A stretch of DNA of 64,000 nt, from NCBI GenBank assembly GCA_026770705.1, contig JANJGN010000026.1:38750001-38814000 (forward strand). Reading direction: 5' to 3'. Positions 13,667 through 23,496 of this stretch are shown one piece after another (position 1 is the first letter of the stretch; the number at the start of each line of letters is the position of its first letter). The DNA is from Isurus oxyrinchus (taxonomy: Eukaryota). A program made the translations under genes and the position numbers. A model generated the notes under the pieces. The model searched no databases. It was not told the DNA's origin and saw only the letters and a program-made list of their open reading frames with translations.

Positions 13667-14002
13667 CGGCAGTGACGGTCAACAACGTCCCAGGTCCGTC
13701 TTCATAAGCATCTTTCGAAACGGTGCTCCAACAATTATATCTGTACTGAGATCTACAGTAATAGGTGGCGGTGTCTTCAACTCTCAAATCTCGAATTTCC
13801 AGCGAAAAGGTTTTTTCTGTTTTATTCACCGACACAACAAATCTCTCCCACTCCCATTCTGTCCCGCTCTGGGGTTGTCTGAAGAAATGTCCGCTCACTA
13901 AACTATGAGAATTACCAGAGAAAACACAGGTGATGGTGAGAGACTGACACTCCTTCCTGGTCACCGCTGCCGGGGTCTGTGTCACTGAGTGACTGAAATG
14001 GC
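13667..14002 (-). CDS. Germline-joined NAR-TCR-type V(D)J exon, copy C
   Basis: Intact acceptor and donor. Open 336-nt frame HFSHSVTQTPAAVTRKECQSLTITC...YYCRSQYRYNCWSTVSKDAYEDGPGTLLTVTA. In-frame 12-nt deletion in the FR2/HV2 region relative to B. Confidence 0.92.
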
Positions 14003-14151
14003 CTGGAAATTAAACAGAGAGAGTTTAATGGACATTCAGAGCCGAACCACAGAACGGGGTTAAAACCCCCAGACAGTGTCGGTAATTGGGATGGACTTGG
14101 GCAGCTTTATATTAAATCCACACAATATCTGTTTGTTTAACCGGTACTCAC

Positions 14152-14194
14152 GGGGTAAACAGACACACAAGGTGAAAACAAGGAGGACTCCCTT
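14152..14194 (-). pseudogene. Leader exon of copy C with lost start codon
   Basis: AAG GGA GTC CTC CTT GTT TTC ACC... aligns to the intact leader with ATG changed to AAG. Donor GTGAGT is retained. Confidence 0.85.
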
Positions 14195-16599
14195 CGTTCT
14201 GCTGCCTGGAGATGAGGGTTTATATGACGGGAAGCTGGAGACTGCAGCCCTGAACTGCTCTGGAATACCGGACCTCAGAGCTGGACTGAAATACTTTAGG
14301 AGCTAGAGTTTCTTTGCAAAGGGCGGTGTCCCGCGGAGCATTGACGGGCCACACGATTCCCATCTCTCTGGGTGATTTCTCTGTGATTAAGTGACAGGTT
14401 TAAAAACGGAACCTACAGTTTCAGGTTGTTTCATTGGGCCTGTAAGCCTGATGTGAAGCCCCCTCTCCCATTTCTCTGATGTACAATGGCCTGCATAATG
14501 GGGCAAGGGAGGTGGAGTTGTTTCGGTTAGTGAAGTCTACCTCCTTCATTCTCCCACAGTAATGAGCTGGCCGGTCTGTCCATGTGTGTTTGGCAAATGG
14601 TATTTTATGAGAATGGGGTGTGGGAGAATTCCTCCTTCTCCAATATTATTCTAACTGTCATAAAAAAACAGAAAATGCTGGAAAGAGCTCGTCAAGTCTG
14701 GCAGCATCTGTGAAGAGTGAAACAGAATTAACGTTTCGAGTTTGTATGACTCTTCTTCAGAGCTACCTGTGCCGGAAATTATGAAACATCTCCCTGAACT
14801 GGCTGGTGGGTCTTCAGTTGAAAGTCTGTGCCAAGGGAAGGAGCCTTACACCCGCCTTAGTCCAGCAGCTGAGGACCAGATTACAATGTGAGACAGTCCA
14901 GTGACTTTTCCAATATTCAGGCGGAAGTACAGAAATACCACAAAGAATAAACTCTCCACTTCATTGAAACAAATGCTTGCTGCAGACCTTCCCCTGTGAC
15001 TTGCAATTAAAATGATGTTTCCAGAAAGTAATGTTTGATTTCCAGGTCTTGATTATTCAGTTTCCAGTTTTAGTGTTAAAACCTGAAGCCACACTCAGAG
15101 GGACAGTTGAAATGGGGGCGGACACTGTATTTGGGACTTGTTTAAAGTATCACACTCACTACTTTAGTGAAATCTGTTAGTTATGTTTAAACTGTCCTGG
15201 ATCTAACAACACGTTCTATTTAAGTGAAACTTGTGAACCGGCCGCAGTCAAATGCTCCTGGAAACTGACGGGGACAAGGACATGGCGCTGCTCAGTAATC
15301 CAGGCAGGCATGCAAAGGGCAGAAAAGGGCCAAGAAACTCCTTCAGGAGCAGAGGACCTCACCCTATCTTGGTCGACTGTACATCACACAAAAATGACCG
15401 ATCGTACGTCACTCAAAAGTGGTCGATTGTTTAATCGACCTTTGAGTAGCTCCGGATTGGCTGCAGCTGATCCCCAATGTGCAATCAAAGACATAAACAT
15501 CATCTGATCCGTCGAAAACTAAAACAAAAGCCTGAAAAAGCCTTTTTGCTTCATCTACAAGTTTTGCACATTAAATATTGTCCAATTTTCTTCTGATTTT
15601 GAATGCTACTGACGCGAAACGGCGCAGAACAGCGCATGACATAAACATGTTTTGCCTCAGAGCAACCACAAATATAACTTGTATTTTAAAGCACATTTAA
15701 TACAATGAAAGGTCCCTTCAGCAGCTCGTGACAGTGATCTTCGTGAAGCATGAATCGTAAGAGGCGGATGTGGCTGATCACCCGAGTCACCGTCTGCAAT
15801 GTGGGACCGTGGATACATTTTAGCATCGTGGTTACCAACACTCAGATTGTAGCAGTCTCATTTTAAGAGACCAAGATTCTTTAAAAGCAACCGGAAGGAG
15901 AAATATTATCTGAATGTTTTTCAATCAGCATTTGTTTGGAAAAAAAAAACATAATTTCTTCCATCAATAGTTTTAATTTTTCTTCCATTCAATTTATCTT
16001 GATATACTTACATTTAGTTTCATTTTATTTCTCCATTTCCTTTGTGCAGTTTGCGCTTCTTGCATGGGAACGTAGCAATCGTGAGAACTTGCCCCAAAGT
16101 CTCTCAGTTGTCTGTTGGGTTCAGTCTGTTCAGTTTCCCTAGTGGTTTTACTGTTACTCACTGGGAACTGCGTCTTCCCCCTCTCTGACAATTTCAAATT
16201 TGTTCCGCCCATTTACTGATTGAAGTTTTCTTGAAGTTTTACTTTACTCAGTATCTACCAGAGGAGGAACAATCCATTCTGCTCAACTGATTTATGCCTG
16301 CGTATTTACTGCGGACCAGCCCTCATCCGCCCGAAATCTAATTTCCAATAAGCTCCCTGAGTCAGTCTGTTCGGCTCTCCTTCCTGTACTTTCAAGTCTT
16401 CCCATAAATGTATCAATACTCTCTGCTCCAACCACTCCCTGCGGCAGCAAGTTCCACATTCTGACCTGCCTGTTTTTACACTTCTTCTTCTTAATGTCAT
16501 TATTTGTTCTGTGAGTGACTGTCTTATTCTAATAGTTCTAGGCTCACCCACAAATAAGCAGCTATTCCACAAATACCCCAATGAACCCACTCGTTACTT

Positions 16600-17310
16600 A
16601 AACGATTTCCATGAATTCTCCTCCTCTTTCCCTGTTCTGCAGGGACAAGAGGCCCGGCCTGTTCCATCTCTCCACAGAGATGTAGATTATTCTTTTCTTT
16701 TTATTTTCTTTTCTCAGAAGTGTAACAGATCAAAGCGGTTAATGTAACAAACAGAAGCAGGAGCGGCCATGTTACCTTTCAAACCTTTTCCCATTCAAAA
16801 ATGTCCTGACTCATCTCCTAGCTCAACATCACTTTGCCGCAATGTCCCCATATCCCTGGATTCTTTTAGCATCCCGAAATCCATTGAAGACTTCCTTTAA
16901 TACACTGAAGTACTGAGCATTCACAGCTCTCTGAGGAAGAGAATGTCAGAGATTCACAACAATGGCTTCACCGAAGAAATTTCTCTTCTTCTCATTTCTC
17001 ATGGTCGAGTCCTTATACTGAAACTGTGACCCCTAGTTATAGGCTTCTCAGCCTGGGGAGACACCCACCGGGAATCTATCGTGCCCTGGATGTTAGATGT
17101 TCTAATGAAATTACATCTCATTCACATAATCCCCAGGGAACATAGGTCTAGACAACTCAATCTCTTCTTATACGACAATCCATTTATCTTAGGGATCAGT
17201 CTAATGAACATTTGTTGCACTCCCTCCAAGGTACGTAGATCCTTCCTTAAGTAAGGAGACCAAAACTTAACCCAGCATTTCAGACTGGAGCCCATTTCAG
17301 TCCTTTCGTC
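16600..17310 (-). mobile_element. Old CR1-like LINE remnant; paralogous copies sit in each duplicated intron
   Basis: ORF 17122-17322 (FWSPYLRKDLRTLEGVQQMFIRLIP). Homologous tracts near 1950-3600, 8850-9660 and 12250-12850. Confidence 0.7.
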
Positions 17311-17862
17311 CATAAACCTCACCCACCTCCCTGGGCTCGGATTGTACTTTGAATGGGCCAGAGATCCTCCATTCCTTTTCTCCTTTTCGATGAATTATTT
17401 ACTCCAGTTTCTAAATGAACATTCCCCCAATTTACAACTTACTATTGTTTCCTTGGTTTCCTGTTCTCCTTTATAAGATTAATGCATCATCCTCACTATC
17501 TCACTGCACTGTGTTGTTTCAATTCACGTAATCAGGGATAGAGATAAATTTCACCAATCCCATCTCTCAAACATCTACATTCCATATAGAGCAGTGTCTG
17601 CAGTTCCAAACTTTCACATTTCGGTCTGAGGGTGGAAAAGGAGGAGAGTGATTGGTTCTATGAAGATAATTGAAGGAAATGGCGGGGACAATGTCATTTA
17701 TTTCAGTCACTGATTGTCCAAAAATAAAATTCCATCTGGACCCACATCAGGATCTCTTATAACTGTGTCACTTATAACATTGTGTCACTCTCCCGTTTTA
17801 CTCCCGGGATTGGTATTGAACGAGCCGCTGCAGGTACCCGAACTGGCCGCAGTTGTGTTGAG

Positions 17863-17950
17863 TTTATTCACCCGGTACTTCATTCACATTGCACGGCTCG
17901 GACTGCAATCTGCTGCCCAGGAGAGAGCTCTGTGACCCCGCTCCCGGGCT
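17863..17950 (-). CDS. Candidate short terminal (secretory-tail-like) exon downstream of the NAR-TCR J
   Basis: Acceptor ctctttctgtcccttag| at 17951. In J phase it reads EPGSGVTELSPGQQIAVRAVQCE-stop (TGA 17882-17880), with AATAAA at 17868-17863. No transcript evidence. Confidence 0.35.
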
Positions 17951-18211
17951 CTAAGGGACAGAAAGAGCTCCCTCGGTCACAATTAACACCGGGAGTGGAG
18001 TCCGGAGTGTCGACAATCTGCGCTCATTAAAAGTGATTCAGAGAGTGAGTCTGTGATGTTGATATTGTCCCCGATGTGCCCGTTGAACAAATAATGGGCC
18101 AGAATCCACCAACTCCCACATCCCACCCAAACTCTACTGATATCAATAATAAACTGACGGTGAAAATTACACGGGACAGGCTGTAACCCGGCGGGGTTTG
18201 GAGTCACTTAC

Positions 18212-18269
18212 CGGCTGTGACAGTCACCACTGTCCCGGATCCATCCACATAATCATCTTTATAACTCAC
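18212..18269 (-). CDS. NAR-TCR J segment
   Basis: VSYKDDYVDGSGTVVTVTA followed by G|GTAAGT. IgNAR-like DGxGT motif, preceded by an RSS. Confidence 0.93.
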
Positions 18270-18308
18270 CACAGTGACACCGCTCTCAGTCTCCCTGGTA
18301 CAACAACC
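18270..18308 (-). other. 23-RSS of NAR-TCR J
   Basis: Plus strand CACAGTG (18270-18276), 23-bp spacer, ACAACAACC (18300-18308). Confidence 0.92.
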
Positions 18309-18624
18309 ACCGACACTTCAAACTGGCTGGAGATCATCATCAGACAGTAGGAACTGCCCAACTATTCAACGGATTCAAATAAATAAACAGTATTCAATGT
18401 TTCAAAGTCTCTGTTGAGTCAAACTGTTTTTTGTGAGTCCCTGAGCTCTGAGTAAATGGTCCCGGGAACGAGATGTTCATTTCATATAAACCGAGAAAAG
18501 TATCAAAGAAAGATAACTGAATGGTGGAAATTACAATAAAATGTAACCAGATTTCAGCGATAATAACATCAACACGACAATTCACTATCCGGACCCGGCG
18601 AATTTATATTTAAATTTTTGCAGA

Positions 18625-18700
18625 AGTATTTGTTAAGGTCTCTCCCACTGTGATTTCCCCAGTCACCACCCACACAGTATTACAAGTCAGCATGAAATCC
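18625..18700 (-). other. NAR-TCR D segment (coding 18653-18672, TGGGTGGTGACTGGGGAAAT) flanked by two 12-RSS
   Basis: 3' RSS CACAGTG-12-ACAAATACT (18652-18625); 5' RSS CACAGTA-12-ATGAAATCC (18673-18700). Frames WVVTGE, GW-stop and GGDWGN. Confidence 0.88.
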
Positions 18701-19027
18701 CCCGGGTAATTGCTGAGATTTCGGGACATCAGTTAAACAGCGGGGACTGCGGTTACCGGTTCCAGCTGTTAGACCAGGATCACATCTGGTGTTAGGGGTT
18801 TGTAACTGGGATCAGTCATTCCCAATCCCCATTCGCTGACACCAATCCCGGGAAAGACATCACCATCTGCCCACACTCGGCATTTATAAAACTCAAGATG
18901 TTAACGGCAATAATCCAATCTAATTATAAACTAGACTGTCAGGCAGACGGTGTGAGGCGGAACTCTGGGGCTTTAACTGCAGATTAACTCCGCTTTTTCG
19001 TTTGTTTCTGTAATAATCTGCAGTGAG

Positions 19028-19065
19028 AGTTTTTGTATCGCGCGAAGGCGAAGCCCATCACTGTG
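19028..19065 (-). other. RSS (22-bp spacer, 23-class) of the rearranging NAR-TCR V
   Basis: CACAGTG (19065-19059), 22 bp, ACAAAAACT (19036-19028). Confidence 0.93.
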
Positions 19066-19354
19066 TATGTGTAGTATCTGTACTGAGCTTTACAGTAATA
19101 GGTGGCGGTGTCTTCAACTCTCAGATCTCGAAGTTCCAGAGAAAATGTGTTTTCTGCATGATTCACCGACACAACAAATCTCCCCCCGCTGGAGATCCGC
19201 TTCCACTCTGTCCCGGTCTGGGTTTGTTTGAAGAAATGTCCCGTTCGGAAATAATGCCACGAAGCACCGGAGAAAACACAGGTGATGGTGAGAGACTGAC
19301 ACTCCTTCCTGGTCACCGCTGCCGGGGTCTGTGTCACTGACTGACTGAAAGAGC
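19066..19354 (-). CDS. Unrearranged NAR-TCR V exon (IgNAR-like V), apparently functional
   Basis: SFSQSVTQTPAAVTRKECQSLTITCVFSGASWHYFRTGHFFKQTQTGTEWKRISSGGRFVVSVN...DTATYYCKAQYRYYT. VNAR-like short FR2/CDR2, FR1 Cys, followed by an RSS. Confidence 0.94.
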
Positions 19355-19503
19355 CTGGAAGTTAAAGAGAGAGAGAGTTTAATGGACATTCAGAACCGAA
19401 CCACAGAACGGGATTAAATCCTGGACAGTATCTGTAATTGGGATGGACTCGGGCAGCCTGATATTCAATCCAAACAATGTCGGTTTGTTTGACCTTTACT
19501 CAC

Positions 19504-19546
19504 GGGGGAAACAGACACAGAGGGTGAAAACAAAGAGGATTCCCAT
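19504..19546 (-). CDS. Leader exon of the rearranging NAR-TCR V
   Basis: MGILFVFTLCVCFP + C|GTGAGT, 43 nt, phase 1, compatible with the V exon acceptor at 19355. Confidence 0.92.
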
Positions 19547-19664
19547 CGTTCTGCTGCCTGTAGCTGAGGGTTTATATGACGGGGAGCTGGAGACTGCAGC
19601 CCTGGACTGCACTGGGAGACCGGACCTCAGAGCTGGACTGAAATACTTTCGCGGGTCCGAGTTG

Positions 19665-19793
19665 ATTTGCATAGGGCAGTGATGTTGAGATTGTAGATGG
19701 GCCGCACGGGTCCCGGGCCGCTGGCTAAGTGTTGTGTGAATTAGAGACAGGTTTATAAAATGAGGCTGCAATTTTCTGCTTCTTCATTTGCAT
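19665..19793 (-). promoter_or_regulatory. Two octamer motifs (ATGCAAAT in sense orientation) in the NAR-TCR V promoter
   Basis: ATTTGCAT on the plus strand at 19665-19672 and 19786-19793, about 120 and 240 bp upstream of the ATG. Same orientation as in IgH V promoters. Confidence 0.65.
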
Positions 19794-22650
19794 TGTGATC
19801 CGGATGTGAAAGCCCCTCCCACAATACTCTGGTCTACAGGGGTGGGGGAGGGGAGCTTTTCTTTCTGCCAGTTGTGCTGCCGCCTTCCTTTCCCCACAGT
19901 AATGAACTGGGAGGTCGGTGCATGTGTTTGTATTGGGTGGTGTTTGTTAAAGATGGAATGTGGGCCCAGGACACCAGGAGAACCCCCCGCCCCGATCTTA
20001 CTCCAATATTCCGGAGATTGTTTCACATCGCCCTGACCAGACTGGCGGGACCTCAGTTAGACTTCTGATCTGAAGGTCGGCGCCTCAGGCCCGGCATCTT
20101 CCCTGGCCCAGCAACTGGGGGCCAGGTTACAATACGAGGAGTCTAGTGACATTACCAATATCCTGGCAGATGTACACAACATACACAAAGACGAAGTAGC
20201 AGCTCGTTATCTTACTTGGCTAGGTGGCTAGTGTCTGCTGCGGAATAATGCCAATATTACGGGATCTGGAAGCATAGGAACATTCGAACATGAGAAGGCC
20301 ATTCAGCCCGTCGAACCTGCTCCACCATTCAATACAATCATGGCTGATCGAACACTTCAAAGTCTTTTTAAGCAGTAGTAATTCAGAAATGGCCGGGTGT
20401 GATGCAAGCAGACATGAGTAATGCCGCAATAAATGAGATTGGGCCTCATGTACCGTAAATAGAGACAAAGGCTATTATAATAAAAAGAGTGACATTATCT
20501 TGTGTAATACTGAGACAGGATGTTGCCTAACACTAATGGAGATGACCTCCTGCAGTAGTAACTGCGATATGACCTTGGATCACATTGACAAAGATGCAAT
20601 CTATTGCAAATAACTGAAAAAAGGAACGAATGCAATATAAAGTGAGATGTGCTCTAGTGTAGTTCGATTGGGGCAGTGTCAAGTGTAATATAAACATTAG
20701 CATTAAAATGTTGTAGTCAGTAATAACAAAAATAGGGCCTCGTCTAACATAAGCGGAGGCAGATCTAATGCAATAATAGCTAACACATCATCTAATGTAA
20801 CAGTGCAGTGCAGTAATAAATGAGGCGACCTCTGGTTTAATATAAACAGAGGAATTGTGCAATGCACTAATAAATGAGTAATGCTTCATCCTTGAGTAAC
20901 TGTGTACGATCAGGCACTGAGCTCATGCACTGAGGTGGACATCACTCAAGTCACAGTAAAGGTGCTCAGATTCCTATACCACGACTTTGTTTTATTTTAA
21001 CTTGCTGTTTTTTTCTGTTAGCTGTGTGCTAATGTTTGCCTTTGTTTTCCATTGTTTCCTTTAGCGTCATCCCCATTTTCCTTATTAAAATCTGCAGGAT
21101 TCTCCAATGTTCATGTTTCCTGGTGTTGCTGAGGAGTCTACAGACTGTGTGTGCGTCCCAGAACTTCAGTCAGTGTTAATCTCTCTTGTCCATTTGTATT
21201 ACCCAGAGCAGTGATGATCCCTTTACCTCAGTTCACTGCACCATGTGCCATATGGGAGAATAACCATTACGAACCATTTACTTTCTGTGCCTTTATATTT
21301 ATAAATACATTTCTGCATCAATACCCTTCTGCTATTCTCGATTTGTACCACTAACTGTCCTCACCTCAGCATTATACACCTCTCTCTGTTAATATGTCTC
21401 TCTGCCACTCAATGTAATCAATCTCACCTTCATTTATGTCCCTCTATTAGTGTTTCTGTGCATTATTACCATACCGAGTGTCATTTTTATCAAACTCCCT
21501 ATGAATCGTCCATCGTTCTTAGTCTCAACTTTATATTCGGCATTGTGTAGGTGTCTGAAAGCATACAGACAGAAACAGGGCTAATCTGTAGACGAGGTAC
21601 ACATTCGCCTGTCACAGCTCAATGTTTCAAATCTTTAACTAGGGAGAGCAGACGGCACTGAAATTATTCACCATGGAGACCTCATTCGCTGATCTTCACA
21701 GGAAAGTCTCTCTGGTCTTTAACCATGGAGGCCAGACAGGCATTGAGCCGATATACGACGGTGATGGTGGAGGCGGCGACGGAAGGAGGGGTTTTCATTC
21801 ACCGTCACCGAACATTGTTCAGATTTTGAACACTCGGTATAAAGTGTGGGGCTGATGCACCGTGGAACAGGCGGCATCGCGTGCACAGGGACAATGTTCC
21901 TTTCAATCACAGCCATCGCACGATTCAATAATTTTAACCCGTTCTCCCCTTTTCTGCTTCCTGCCTGGATTTGTTAACTTGATTTATTTATATAATTTCT
22001 GTTTTTATTTATGCTTCTCTCTCTCCGTCTCCCTCTTCCGTTTACAATCCACAGGATCCCCCGCTGCCAGGCGGTGAGAAATTCTCCGTCTATTTACTGA
22101 ATTCGCTGGACTTTCTTTATATGAGCAGCTGGGTTTAGGCGGCTGAAAGGAGTCGTGAGGTGCGGGGAGTCCCCTGGGGGTTCGGGGGTTGGGAGTGTCC
22201 CGTGGGGGGAGTTGGAGTCTGAGAGGTGGGGGACTCCCTGGGAGTTCGGGGGTGTGGAAGGAGACTCGTGGGCGTCAGGGTGGCTCTGTACAAAGTTACT
22301 CAGAAACTAGAAGTGGTTTTAATTCTAACTTTTTCTGGGCAACTCTTGATGTCGGACAGTCGGAACCATTCGCGGTTTGCAAGGTAAATTGTATTTTCTG
22401 TTTGTTCCCAGTACAGAGCAATTGCCCATGGGAAGTTTCCACTTCCCGGACAATTGTCGTGTAAACCTTGCCTGGGAACTCCAGGCCGGGGTGTTCCCCG
22501 GCGCATCTTCGGTGTATCCCCCACTTACACGGCCTTGGAGCTCGGAGGTCATGGCCCAGCAGAATGTTACGGTTGTCTTGCTCTTTTAAGGAAGCTCCGC
22601 CTGAATCTGAAACGAAGGCTGAATATTTGCCCTTGTTTCCCGGTGTTCGA

Positions 22651-22664
22651 GCGCCCTCTGCTGA
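22651..22664 (-). promoter_or_regulatory. CTCF-like core motif within a CpG-rich stretch
   Basis: TCAGCAGAGGGCGC on the minus strand, 13/14 match to the CCAGCAGAGGGCGC-type core. Motif match only. Confidence 0.45.
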
Positions 22665-23496
22665 GCATTAACTGAGCCGCTCGTTCTGGCATTTTGACCG
22701 GGATCCGCCGAATCTCTGCTGCAGTGTGCGGTTTGTGCACAGAAATTCTCGGCTGCGCCGCAGATCAGAGCCTCAGCTCCGTTATCTTGGTAGTTCTGTT
22801 AAGTGTAGAAGAGAATTGACCAACAATGTCTGTCTTCTTGTTTTCATTCTCATCGATCAGATTATTCGGGAGCTGCGGATGTTGCCCAGGCCGCTGACTC
22901 TACCAGAACAAATAGTAATGGAGCAAAAATAAAAATAGCTGGAAGAGGAATACAGTTAACGTTTCGAGTCCGTATGACTGTTTGTATGGTTATGGAGATA
23001 TGTTTTCAAGATTCAGATCACGTGGTGTTACTGCCGTCTTCGGCATCATTTCAGCTTCGGCATCATTTCAGCAACCGACCCGACCAGTGTGTGTGGATGG
23101 CTCCATCCTAACATAAAGTAGTTGGGTAGATGTCATCATTATCAGGATCATCATCACCATCATTTCAAGTAGCTTCATCATCAGCAGCATCACCTTACAA
23201 TTAATAACATGTAGGTTACAGCAGTCATGGGGAGAACGGATTTTTTCTGGGAAGGAAATACTTACTAAGAAGTGATATAATGACGAGGACCGGGTGTGAT
23301 GAAATTCCCCATGATGCTCCCTGAGTCTGTAACTCTACAGTCCGCCAAATCCTCTGTCAGGGCAGAAGTGCAGATCCCCGGCGCACTGTACTGTTGATCC
23401 AACCAACGTCAAACCAGGAACAGTGGAAAACAACTTTCCATTTCAGAGGAAAGGCAAGGAAGGTCAGAGCGAAAGAAACGAACAGAACTATGGGGG

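Noticed and set aside
18984-19065. C-terminal extension of ORF 18984-19337 (TVMGFAFARYKN...)
   Set aside because: Read-through of the RSS, not coding. The terminal GK-stop of the joined ORFs is likewise read-through of the GTAAGTGA donor.
21673-22932. Several overlapping 60-90 aa ORFs
   Set aside because: No recognisable domain; expected by chance in GC-rich DNA.
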